From positions 3,456,001-3,520,000 of the forward strand of contig CP051526.1 of NCBI GenBank assembly GCA_050916045.1: 64,000 bases of DNA, read 5' to 3'. The stretch is from Tepidisphaera sp. GTDB taxonomy: Bacteria > Planctomycetota > Phycisphaerae > Phycisphaerales > UBA1924. Below, piece by piece: positions 47,382-56,546 of the stretch (position 1 is its first letter; the number at the start of each line of letters is the position of its first letter). The translations under genes were made by a program, and so were the position numbers. The notes beneath the pieces are model-generated. The model saw nothing but the letters and a program-made list of their open reading frames with translations. It made no database searches and was not told where the DNA came from.

Positions 47382-50252
47382 ATGAGCGGCATCACTTCGG
47401 GTACCGGCATCTTCAGCGGCGTCAATTCCGCCGACCTGATCGAGCAGCTGCTCGCCGTCGACGCGCGTCCCAAGACCGCCATGCAGCGCCGCAGCAGCTC
47501 CCTGTCCCTCCAGCAGACCGTCTTCCGCGACTTCAACAGCAAGCTCAGCAACATGAAGTCGATCCTCCGCGGAATCCGCGAAGCCAAGACCTTCCGCGCC
47601 GCCAAAGCCGTCAGCAACAACGAAGCCGCGATCAAAGCCACCGCTTCCAACAACGCCGCCGCCGGCTCGTACGAGTTCACCGTCGACCGGCTCGTCTCCA
47701 CTCAGCAAATGCTCTCGCGCGGGTTCGGCGACCGCGACACCGCGGGCCTGGGCGCGACTCGATTCACGGTCGAATCCACGCTCGGCCGTCTCGACCGCGA
47801 CACGCCGCTTTCCGAGCTCAACGGCGGCGCCGGCGTCGCCCGCGGCAAGGTCGTGATCACCGACTCCGCGAACAACACCGCGACCGTGGACCTCAGCCGC
47901 GTCGCCAGCATCTCCGAGGTGGTCGAAGCCATCAACTCCAACGGCACCGCCCGCGTCAACGCCCGTGTCGTCGATGACAAGCTGGTCCTCACGGACCGCG
48001 CCGGCGGCGGCGGAACGATGAACGTCGCCAACGCGGCCGGCTTCACCACCGCGACCAGCCTCGGCATCGCGGGCACGGCGTCAGGCGGGACGCTCTCGGG
48101 CTCCTCGCTGATCTCCCTCTCGAACTCGACCCTGCTCTCGACGCTCAACGACTCCAACGGCATCGCGATCTCGCAGACCTCCACCCCCAGCGACTACTCG
48201 ATCCGGATCGCGGTCGGATCGACCAACGTCAACGTCAATCTCGGCGATGTCTGGCAGTCCACCCCCGGCTCGGACGTCAATACCAAGGTCAAGAGCGCGG
48301 TGACCACCGTCGGCGGCGTGATCGAACGCATCAACGAAGCCCTCACCGCCGCGGGCGTCACCACCGCTTCCGCATCCATCGGGCCTGACGGCAAGCGTCT
48401 GCGCCTCACCGACTCCAACAACGCGATCATCACCGTGACCAACAGCGGATCCACGCAGACCGCCGAGATGCTCGGCCTGGCCGGAACGGGCGTCACCGCG
48501 GCCAACGGGTCTGTCTCCGGCCGCCGCGTGCTTTCGGGCATGGCGACGACGCTCGCCAGCAGCCTCAACGGCGGCTCGGGCATCGGCGGCAACGGCGTGG
48601 TGGACATCACGGCGCGCGACGGGACGTCTTTCAGCGTCAACATCGATCAGAACGCATCCCTGGCGCAGATCGCCGCTTCGATCGAGTCCGCTTCGGGCAC
48701 GATCTCGGGCGGTCCGAAGATCAGCGTCCGCGTGAACGACAAAGGCACGGGCCTGGCGATCGTGGACAACACCGGCGGCTCATCCAACCTCATCGTGCGC
48801 GGCACGGACGGCGACGACACCGCCGCCGCGCTGGGCATCGCGACGTCGGCCACCGGCGTCGCGTCCGCCAGCATCCAGGGCAGCAACCTCCAGCGCCAGT
48901 ACGTCAGCAGCGCGACGCTTCTCTCGTCGCTCAACAACGGCAAGGGTGTCGGCACGGGCACGATGCGCCTCACGGACGCGACGGGCACCACCGCCAACAT
49001 CACTCTGAGCTCCACCACCCGCACCGTCGAGGACATGATCAAGCAGCTCAACGCCTCGGGCCTGGCGATCTCCGCTTCGCTGAACTCCCAGGGTGACGGC
49101 ATCGTGCTGACGAGCACCTCCAACGCCACCGGCAAGATCAAGGTCGAGGACACCTCCGGACAGGTTGCCAAGAACCTCAACCTCGCGGGAGAAGCCAAGG
49201 GCTCGGGCGTGCTCAACACGATCGACGGCAGCTTCGAGCGTCAGATCGAGTTCTCCGCCGCCGACTCCCTCAGCACCGTCGCTTCCAAGATCAACAGCGC
49301 CAACGCCGGCGTCGTCGCGGCCATCGTCAACGACGGCTCGACCGCCGCTCCCTTCCGTCTCAACCTCACCGCCTCCACCTCCGGCGCCTCGGGACGGTTC
49401 CAGATCGACACCAACGGGTTTGACCTCGGGCTGACGACGATGCAGAGCGGCCAGGATTCGCGAGTCTTCTTCGGGTCAAGCGACCCCGCCCGCGGCCTGC
49501 TCCTGACCAGCAGCACCAATACCGTCGACAACGCGATCCAGGGCGTCAAGCTCGACCTCCTCGCCACCACGACCTCGTCGGTGATGATCAACGTCTCGCG
49601 AGACTCCGGCGCCATCGAAGCCAAGATCGACGAGTTCATCACGGCCTACAACGCCCTCTCCGATTCCATCAAGGCGCAGTCGAGCTACGACACCGAGTCC
49701 AAACGCGCGGGCCCGCTCCTCGGCGACGGCACCACCATCGCCCTCCGCCAGACCATGACCTCCACCATCCAGGGACGACCCATCGGCGTCACCCCTCGAT
49801 TCAACCGCGTCGGCGAGATCGGCATCAAGGTCGCCAAGGACGGCAAGCTGGAGTTCAACAAGGACAAGTTCCGCGAAGCCGTCGCGCAGGACGCCGACAG
49901 CGTCGAGAGAATGCTCTTCGCCAGGGTCCAGACCAACCTCGGCGGCGTTCGCGATCTCGGCGGCGGAGCTTCGGTCATCGACCCCGACCAGCCCGATCAA
50001 TTCTCCGAGCTCGGCATCTTCACCCAGTTCGAGGAGATGGCCACCCGCTACATCGACTCCACCCGAGGCATCCTCACCGGCAAGGACAAGAGCATCACAA
50101 GCCTCACCGAGAACATCTCCAAGCAGATCGCCGCTCTCGACAGCCGCATCGCTTCCAAGCGCGTGGTTCTCCAGCAACAGTTCCTCCGCATGGAGAAAAC
50201 CATCGGAAGGCTCCAGAGCCAGCAGAGTTCGCTCGCCAGCATGTCAGGATGA
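47382..50252 (+). CDS. fliD: Flagellar filament cap protein (long form)
   Basis: GIFSGVNSADLIEQLL N-terminus; GPLLGDG and LQQQFLRMEKTIGRLQSQQSSL C-terminus; GGAGG SD; adjacent fliS. Confidence 0.9.
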   Translation: MSGITSGTGIFSGVNSADLIEQLLAVDARPKTAMQRRSSSLSLQQTVFRDFNSKLSNMKSILRGIREAKTFRAAKAVSNNEAAIKATASNNAAAGSYEFTVDRLVSTQQMLSRGFGDRDTAGLGATRFTVESTLGRLDRDTPLSELNGGAGVARGKVVITDSANNTATVDLSRVASISEVVEAINSNGTARVNARVVDDKLVLTDRAGGGGTMNVANAAGFTTATSLGIAGTASGGTLSGSSLISLSNSTLLSTLNDSNGIAISQTSTPSDYSIRIAVGSTNVNVNLGDVWQSTPGSDVNTKVKSAVTTVGGVIERINEALTAAGVTTASASIGPDGKRLRLTDSNNAIITVTNSGSTQTAEMLGLAGTGVTAANGSVSGRRVLSGMATTLASSLNGGSGIGGNGVVDITARDGTSFSVNIDQNASLAQIAASIESASGTISGGPKISVRVNDKGTGLAIVDNTGGSSNLIVRGTDGDDTAAALGIATSATGVASASIQGSNLQRQYVSSATLLSSLNNGKGVGTGTMRLTDATGTTANITLSSTTRTVEDMIKQLNASGLAISASLNSQGDGIVLTSTSNATGKIKVEDTSGQVAKNLNLAGEAKGSGVLNTIDGSFERQIEFSAADSLSTVASKINSANAGVVAAIVNDGSTAAPFRLNLTASTSGASGRFQIDTNGFDLGLTTMQSGQDSRVFFGSSDPARGLLLTSSTNTVDNAIQGVKLDLLATTTSSVMINVSRDSGAIEAKIDEFITAYNALSDSIKAQSSYDTESKRAGPLLGDGTTIALRQTMTSTIQGRPIGVTPRFNRVGEIGIKVAKDGKLEFNKDKFREAVAQDADSVERMLFARVQTNLGGVRDLGGGASVIDPDQPDQFSELGIFTQFEEMATRYIDSTRGILTGKDKSITSLTENISKQIAALDSRIASKRVVLQQQFLRMEKTIGRLQSQQSSLASMSG

Positions 50253-50301
50253 CCGCTCCAGGCGTCAAGTCACGACCTCCGCCGGACGATGATCCTCCAC
50301 C

Positions 50302-50754
50302 ATGAGCACTTCCACCGCCTTCCAGAATCAGCAGAATCCGCCGCTCAGCCAGTACCTCAAGACCAAGGTCTTGACCGCAGGGCCGGCCGACCTGCGCCTG
50401 CTGCTGCTCGACGGTGCCATCAAGTTCGCCCGCCAGGGACGCGAGGGAATCGCCAAGAAGGACTACGAAGCCATGTTCAACGGCATCTCGCAGTGCCGGG
50501 ACATCGTCGTTGAGCTCATGACCACCATCGCCCCCTCCGTCGAACCCTCCCTGGCCGAGAAAGTCCGCGGCGTCCTGACCTTCATGTTCACCGAGCTCAC
50601 CAACGCCAGCATGGAGCGGAGCGTCGACAAAATGGACAGGATCATCGGACTCCTCGAGTTCGAACGCGAAACCTGGGCCATGCTCATCGACAAGCTCAAG
50701 ACCGAGCAGGCCGGCGCGAAAGCCCCGAACACCGCCGTCTCCCTCGCAGGCTAA
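50302..50754 (+). CDS. fliS: Flagellar export chaperone
   Basis: YLKTKVLTAGPADLRLLLLDGAIKF...ERETW. Confidence 0.9.
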   Translation: MSTSTAFQNQQNPPLSQYLKTKVLTAGPADLRLLLLDGAIKFARQGREGIAKKDYEAMFNGISQCRDIVVELMTTIAPSVEPSLAEKVRGVLTFMFTELTNASMERSVDKMDRIIGLLEFERETWAMLIDKLKTEQAGAKAPNTAVSLAG

Positions 50755-50786
50755 GCACGCAGGCCAAACACGCGGGCTGAACTCCC

Positions 50787-51347
50787 TCAGACCCTCGGCC
50801 GCCGCGAACCCCTCGACACCGCCGCCGAGATCACCCCGACAAGCACGCTCGCCGCTCCGACCTGAAGCACCATGGAAGCGTGCGGGTGCGCCGCCGAAAA
50901 CGCCGCTTTGTACTGCGCGGCTTTCGCCCCATCACCCTCGCGGGCCGCCGCCCAATACGCCATCAGGTCCTGATCCATCGCCGGCGCAAGCACCAAGCCA
51001 TTGTACACCGCGAGGCTCGCCGCTACGCCCACCGCGATCCACCGGACCGCAAGCCACACCCCGCCCGAAAGCCCAAGCCGCGTCGCCACCGCAAGCGACA
51101 CCACCGCCACCGCCGACACCACAAGCTGGGCACGGTCCGCGATCGAAAACACCCGACGACCCACGTGTCCCGCCGCGATCATCCAGTGTTCGCCGGTGTA
51201 CGACGCGAAACCCGGAAGCCTCGGATCAAGGTCCCGCATCACCGGAAAGACCACAGCCGCCGCAAGCCCCGCCCCCACCAGCGCGGACAGCCAGACCGCG
51301 AGCGAAGCCGCGTGGATCCCCTCGACTGTGCGTTCCAATCGGTTCAT
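50787..51347 (-). CDS. DUF4149-like four-TM membrane protein
   Basis: Four helices, AGHVGRRVF and FSAAHPHA. Confidence 0.55.
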   Translation of the reverse strand: MNRLERTVEGIHAASLAVWLSALVGAGLAAAVVFPVMRDLDPRLPGFASYTGEHWMIAAGHVGRRVFSIADRAQLVVSAVAVVSLAVATRLGLSGGVWLAVRWIAVGVAASLAVYNGLVLAPAMDQDLMAYWAAAREGDGAKAAQYKAAFSAAHPHASMVLQVGAASVLVGVISAAVSRGSRRPRV

Positions 51348-51375
51348 CGCCTGATCGTACGACCTACAACTCTCC

Positions 51376-52107
51376 GTGAGCGACCTCCCCCTTCACCTCT
51401 CCATCGCGGGTCTCCGCTTCGCCGACCGCGTCACGCGCGACGCGCGCACCCTCATCGAATGGTGCCCGGCGGACGGCGTGCGCGGCGTGGTCCTCGACGG
51501 CACGCTCCCCTCGCTCCGCGCCCGCGAGTTGGACCGGTCCGCGAGGCGAGACCTCGCCGCGCTGCTCCGCAGGCTCGGGCTTTCGCTCGGCGGGGTCGAC
51601 CTCTGGATCCCCGCGGAGCACTTCGCGCAGGGGGCGTTCGTGGATCGCGCCGTCGCCGCGACGCTGGGCGCTTCGGAACTCGCCGGCGAGCTTGCGGATC
51701 TTCTCGGCCAGCCGCGCTCGTCCGCTTCGGTAAACGTCGAACTGCCCGAGGAGCTTCACCCCGACGCGGCCCGCGGGCTGAGCGGGGATGTTGGCGCGAT
51801 GATCGTCGACCACCGCGCCCGCTCGCCTCAGGATCGTCGCAAGGGCGTGGATCCCGCTTCGGTTCTGATGAGCGGCGGCGATCCGTCCGCGACGCTTCTC
51901 GCGCTGGCGGGGCGCGGTCCGCTTGCTCGCCTCAGCGACGCCGGAAGCGTCGGGCGGTGCACGGTGGGGATGGGCAGGCTTCGTATCGCCGACTACGCGA
52001 TGGCGGCGGCCGCGGCGGGCGCCGACCGGGTCACGCTTGATCTTCGCGGGCTTGATGACGCGGAATCCGCGCGAGCGCAAGCGCTCGCCGCGTGGCGAGG
52101 GGCTTGA
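51376..52107 (+). CDS. Hypothetical protein, degenerate sugar-isomerase TIM-barrel-like
   Basis: LRARELDRSARRDLAALLRRLGL, GVDPA and RLSD. Confidence 0.5.
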   Translation: MSDLPLHLSIAGLRFADRVTRDARTLIEWCPADGVRGVVLDGTLPSLRARELDRSARRDLAALLRRLGLSLGGVDLWIPAEHFAQGAFVDRAVAATLGASELAGELADLLGQPRSSASVNVELPEELHPDAARGLSGDVGAMIVDHRARSPQDRRKGVDPASVLMSGGDPSATLLALAGRGPLARLSDAGSVGRCTVGMGRLRIADYAMAAAAAGADRVTLDLRGLDDAESARAQALAAWRGA

Positions 52108-52146
52108 ATCACGCGAGATGGAGCCTCGAAGGCGAGCGCGGATCGC

Positions 52147-52893
52147 TCAGGCCATCGTCATGCCGCCGTCGACGATCAGCGTCTGGCCGGTGAGGAACCC
52201 GGCGTCGTCGGAGGTCACGTACGCGACCGCCGCGGCGATGTCGTCGACCGTGCCCAAGCGGCGGACCGCGACCATGTCCTGAATCTTCTGCTTGATCTCT
52301 TCAGGCAGCGAAGCGGTCATGTCCGTCTCGATGTAGCCCGGCGCGACCACGTTGCACGTGATGCCCTTGCCGCCGAGTTCGCGGGCGATGGACTTGCTGA
52401 GGCCGACGAGCCCGGCTTTCGCGGCGGCGTAGTTGGCCTGGCCCGCGTTGCCGACGATCCCGCTGGTGGACCCGATGTTGACGATGCGGCCAAAGCGGTT
52501 CTTCATCATGAGCCGCCCGGCGACGCGGGCGGCGATGAACGCGGAGGTCAGGTTCGTCTGAAGCACCGTGCCCCAGTCCTCGTCGGACATGCGGAGCAGC
52601 AGGCCGTCCTTGGTGATCCCCGCGTTGTTGACGAGGATGTCGAGGCGGCCGAGCTCGGTGCCGACGGCTTCGATCGCGGCGCCGAACGCTTTGTTGTCGG
52701 CGATATCGCAGGTCTTGACGCTGGCGCTGCCGCCGGCGGCTTCGATCTGGGCTTTGAGGTCGTTGAGGGGGCCTTCGCTTCGGGCCATGAGGACGACGTG
52801 GCGTCCCTGTGCGGCGAGGCGGAGAGCGACGCCCTTGCCGATGCCGCGGCTGGCTCCGGTGACGAGAGCGACGCGTTTGAGAGCGGTGGACAT
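52147..52893 (-). CDS. fabG: 3-oxoacyl-ACP reductase
   Basis: VTGASRGIG, NNAGITKDGLLLRM and GNAGQANYAAAKAG. Confidence 0.95.
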   Translation of the reverse strand: MSTALKRVALVTGASRGIGKGVALRLAAQGRHVVLMARSEGPLNDLKAQIEAAGGSASVKTCDIADNKAFGAAIEAVGTELGRLDILVNNAGITKDGLLLRMSDEDWGTVLQTNLTSAFIAARVAGRLMMKNRFGRIVNIGSTSGIVGNAGQANYAAAKAGLVGLSKSIARELGGKGITCNVVAPGYIETDMTASLPEEIKQKIQDMVAVRRLGTVDDIAAAVAYVTSDDAGFLTGQTLIVDGGMTMA

Positions 52894-52908
52894 GCGTGCT
52901 CCTTGAGA

Positions 52909-53916
52909 TCAGCCGCCGGTGGCCGCGGGGGTTTCGCTTTCGGCCGGGGCGCCGCCGGAGTCGGTGTTGAAGAGCACATCAAAGTCGGAGGCGCGGCGCT
53001 GGTTGGGCTGCTGAGCCGCGCTGCTGGCTTTGAACGTCCACTGTCCGTTGACCTCGACGGCGATCCAGCCGAGGACGTAAGCGACGCCGGGCTCCTGAAC
53101 AGCGAGGGTCACGGTGAACGCGCCCGAATCGCCGGCGGATTCGGCCTTGGGCTCGGCTTTGGGCTCGTCCTTGGGCTTGAGCTTCTCGAAGGTGGAGAGG
53201 CGTTCCTCGAGCAGCTTGGCTTGGGCTTCGGTGAGCACGCCCGTGTCGACCATGGAGTCGAGCTTGCCCTTGACGATCTCGACGATCTTCTCAACGTCGG
53301 CGGTCGTCGGCTCGTGGCCAAGCTCGGTCTTGAGCTCTTCCTTGCTGGCGTCGGGGAGGGTCTGGAGGAAGAGCTTGAGCATCTCTTCCTTGATGTCGTT
53401 GCCGATGGGAGCGGCGGACTCGGTCGTCGCGCTCTCGGCCCCGTCGATGATCCGCACGACGCGGACCGACTCAATCTTCTTGGTCTGTTCCTGCCACGCT
53501 TTGGAAGCGACCATGCCCTTGAGCTGGTTGCGTGACGCGGGGTCGATGAGCCCGCCGAACTTCTTGTCATCGCCGCGGGCGAGCCCGTCGGCCAGGGAGA
53601 TGATGGCTTCGGCCAGCGGCTCCTTGGTCGTCTTGACGCCCGGAGCGACCGCCACGCGGCGATCGGCCTTCATAGTCTGAGCGACCGCTTTGAAGTCCAC
53701 GGGGACCTCAGGCGGAGGCGGGGGCGGGCCTTGCGGGGCCGGGGGCAGAGGCGGCGGAGCCTTCTTCTTGCAGCCTTCCATCACGGAGACGCCGACGACG
53801 AGCGGCGAGACGGTGGCCGCGACGAGCAGAATCGCGAGCAGGCGGTGCGACCAGTGGCGAGACGTTGACTTCATGAGAAGGGTCCTTGGAGCTTGAGATC
53901 CTCGCTTTGCGGACAA
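52909..53916 (-). CDS. Hypothetical lipoprotein with Pro-rich linker (start may be 53874)
   Basis: Hydrophobic leader ending EGC-KKK, then PPP tracts. Confidence 0.65.
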   Translation of the reverse strand: MSAKRGSQAPRTLLMKSTSRHWSHRLLAILLVAATVSPLVVGVSVMEGCKKKAPPPLPPAPQGPPPPPPEVPVDFKAVAQTMKADRRVAVAPGVKTTKEPLAEAIISLADGLARGDDKKFGGLIDPASRNQLKGMVASKAWQEQTKKIESVRVVRIIDGAESATTESAAPIGNDIKEEMLKLFLQTLPDASKEELKTELGHEPTTADVEKIVEIVKGKLDSMVDTGVLTEAQAKLLEERLSTFEKLKPKDEPKAEPKAESAGDSGAFTVTLAVQEPGVAYVLGWIAVEVNGQWTFKASSAAQQPNQRRASDFDVLFNTDSGGAPAESETPAATGG

Positions 53917-53977
53917 AGCGGGGAAAGGTACAGCGAGCGGTTCAGCGATTCGTTGAGCGGGTGGTTCAGCGGAAACT

Positions 53978-54967
53978 TCAGGCGGGGTCCTCGTGAGCGG
54001 TGACCTTGACGTTCTTGTCGATCCGGCGCATCAGCCCCGCGAGCGTCTTGCCCGGAGCCAGTTCGTGCGCCTCGGCCGGCTTGTTGCTATTGGACGCCGA
54101 AGAAGCCAGCACGTTCCCGGCAAGCCATGAGCAATTCTGAGCCCAGCGGACCGGGTGCGTCAGCTGCTGCACGAGGGCTTTGCGAACACCGGCCGCGGAA
54201 TCGGCCGTTTCGTGGGCCACGCCCGTCACGTTCGAAAGCACGGGGCAGCGGGCCGCTTTGATGGTCGTCGTCGCCAGAGCCGCCGCCAGCCGCTCCGCGG
54301 CCGGAGCCATCAGCGGGCTATGGAACGCCCCCGCCACCGCCAGCGCCGTCGCTCGGAGCCCCATCGCCGTCGCGACCGGGAGAGCCCGCTCGCACGCCGC
54401 TTTCGAGCCCGAGATCACAATCTGTCCCGGAGCGTTGAAGTTGGCGCAGACGAGCACGTCGCCGCCCCGGGCCTGCGCACAGACCTCCATCGCCTGAGCT
54501 TCATCGGCTCCGATCAGAGCGATCATCCCGCTTGGCGTCGCTTCCGCGGCGTCCTGCATCGCCCGACCGCGAAGGGTCACAAGCTCCAAGCCGTCCTCGA
54601 AAGAAATCGCTCCGCCAACGACCAAAGCCGTGTACTCGCCGAGGGACAGACCCGCCGTCGCGGCAAGGGGGGCTTCGCCCGGCCCGTACCGCCACGCGGC
54701 TTGCAACCCGGCCCACGACGCCAGCGAGCAGGCGAAAATCGCGGGCTGGCTCGCGTCCGTCTGGTTCAGACGTTCGGCGGGCCCCTCAAAGCAAAGCTTG
54801 GTCAGGGGCATCCCGAGACGGCTTCCAAGGACCCGATCGGCGGTGTCAAAGACCTGGCGAGCTTCCGGAGAAGCGTCGAACCACGCTTTGCCCATGCCGA
54901 CCGCTTGCGCACCCTGACCGGGGCAAAGCACGGCGAGCGATGACGGGTTGGAAGGGGGCTGATCCAT
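53978..54967 (-). CDS. fabD: Malonyl-CoA:ACP transacylase
   Basis: PGQGAQAVGMG, GLSLGEY, RGRAMQ, ANFNAPGQ and GAFHSPLM. Confidence 0.95.
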   Translation of the reverse strand: MDQPPSNPSSLAVLCPGQGAQAVGMGKAWFDASPEARQVFDTADRVLGSRLGMPLTKLCFEGPAERLNQTDASQPAIFACSLASWAGLQAAWRYGPGEAPLAATAGLSLGEYTALVVGGAISFEDGLELVTLRGRAMQDAAEATPSGMIALIGADEAQAMEVCAQARGGDVLVCANFNAPGQIVISGSKAACERALPVATAMGLRATALAVAGAFHSPLMAPAAERLAAALATTTIKAARCPVLSNVTGVAHETADSAAGVRKALVQQLTHPVRWAQNCSWLAGNVLASSASNSNKPAEAHELAPGKTLAGLMRRIDKNVKVTAHEDPA

Positions 54968-55021
54968 GCGGGCACCATGATAGCGTGTGCCCCGCGAAAC
55001 GCCCGAAACCCGACCATCCTG

Positions 55022-55675
55022 CTACCGAGCGGGCGGGGGCGGTACAACGAACTCGATCCGGAACGAACCGGATTCCGAGTCGGTTCGCACGGTTCCGCCA
55101 CCATACTCGATCCGAGACTGGATCGTCACGATCGCGTCTCGGGATGGCATCGCCGATTCCGTCCGCAGGTCGTACGCCAGAACGAAATCCGCCAGATCGT
55201 GGGTGTCCACGACCCCATCGGCATTGAAGTCCGCCTGCGGGTCCGACCACTCCCACAGATCCTCAAACGCGGCAATGTCCGCTTCGTTCAGCTGACCATC
55301 GCCATCGACGTCCGCCGTCCACGTGGGGGCGTTCACCAACCGAAGGATGGCTTTCCCGTCCGATCCGCCATCGATCCGGGAAAGCAGGATCGACTCCTGC
55401 AAAGCTCCTGCGCCGGCTTCGAGAACGTCGCGATTCCGCACACGAGGGGCGGAAGTCTCGACAGCTTCCCACCCGGCCGACGTCTCGCCCGACGGCCATC
55501 GGGCCGGGCCGCTCTCGGACGCCGTGCGCCCGCCAGTCGAGGGCTCGGCCGGGAAAGGCGAGAGCGCCTCGGCGGACGCCGAGCGAGGACCGGAGGCGGA
55601 AATGGTCACAAGCCACATCGCCGCCGCCAAAATGATGGCGACCGTCACGACCAACGACCGTACTGAGATTGACAT
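55022..55675 (-). CDS. Secreted protein with dockerin-like paired EF-hand repeat
   Basis: Signal or TM N-terminus; ADVDGDGQLNEADI...ADFNADGVVDTHDL. Confidence 0.65.
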   Translation of the reverse strand: MSISVRSLVVTVAIILAAAMWLVTISASGPRSASAEALSPFPAEPSTGGRTASESGPARWPSGETSAGWEAVETSAPRVRNRDVLEAGAGALQESILLSRIDGGSDGKAILRLVNAPTWTADVDGDGQLNEADIAAFEDLWEWSDPQADFNADGVVDTHDLADFVLAYDLRTESAMPSRDAIVTIQSRIEYGGGTVRTDSESGSFRIEFVVPPPPAR

Positions 55676-55943
55676 GAGAAGCCGTCTCCGTCCGCTGGCG
55701 AGACGACGGTTGCCGCTCGCCCGCTCGCCCTGTGTGCCCCGCGCGTCTGCATGACCCTTCCAAAACACGAATCTGTACACACGGACGGATTTTCTATCCG
55801 CTCGGCTCTTGTATATCGCACTGTGGCTCGGAAGGGTTCAATAAAGCTGGCGAAAGCCCCGAAACAAGGATTGCCGCGTGGAAACCTGTTGTTTTCCGGA
55901 GGGTTGCGATACGCTCATGGAGCCCCTGCGAAGGACGCGTTCC

Positions 55944-56546
55944 ATGACGATTGATCCACAGCTTGACCCCCGCAAAGACCTCACGGTGCTGCTTTCAGCC
56001 GCAGCCGGAGGCGATCCCACGGCCGGCGAACGGCTGCTCCCACTGGTCTACGAAGAACTCCGCAAGCTCGCCGCCGCGCGGCTGGCCCGCGAGCCGGGCG
56101 GCGGCGCGGGCTTCACGCTCGAGCCGACGGCCCTCGTGCACGAGGCGTATCTCAAGCTGATCGGTCCAGGCGATATCCATTGGAACGGGCGGGGGCACTT
56201 CTTCGGTGCCGCCGCGCTGGCGATGCGACGCATTCTGATCGATCGCGCCCGGGGCCGCAAAGGCGCACGCGGCAAGCGTCAGAACATCGAGATCGAAGCC
56301 CTCGCCGCCGAACCGGAACCGGATGAGCTGCTCGCGATCGACGAATCGCTCAAGAAGCTCGAGGTGGTCGACAAGCGCAAGTACGACGTGGTCATGCTGC
56401 GGTACTTCGCGGGCCTCTCGATCGAGGACACCGCCGCCGCTCTGTCGATCAGTCCGGCGACGGTGAAGAACGACTGGACGTTCGCGCGGGCCTGGCTCAA
56501 ACGCGAAGTTTCGGGACGCGCCGAGTCGGACGGTGACCGCGCATGA
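55944..56546 (+). CDS. ECF sigma factor (TIGR02999/ECF43-like, kinase-associated)
   Basis: LLPLVYEELRKLAA, TLEPTALVHEAYLKL, HFFGAAALAMRRILID and DWTFARAWL. Confidence 0.9.
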   Translation: MTIDPQLDPRKDLTVLLSAAAGGDPTAGERLLPLVYEELRKLAAARLAREPGGGAGFTLEPTALVHEAYLKLIGPGDIHWNGRGHFFGAAALAMRRILIDRARGRKGARGKRQNIEIEALAAEPEPDELLAIDESLKKLEVVDKRKYDVVMLRYFAGLSIEDTAAALSISPATVKNDWTFARAWLKREVSGRAESDGDRA

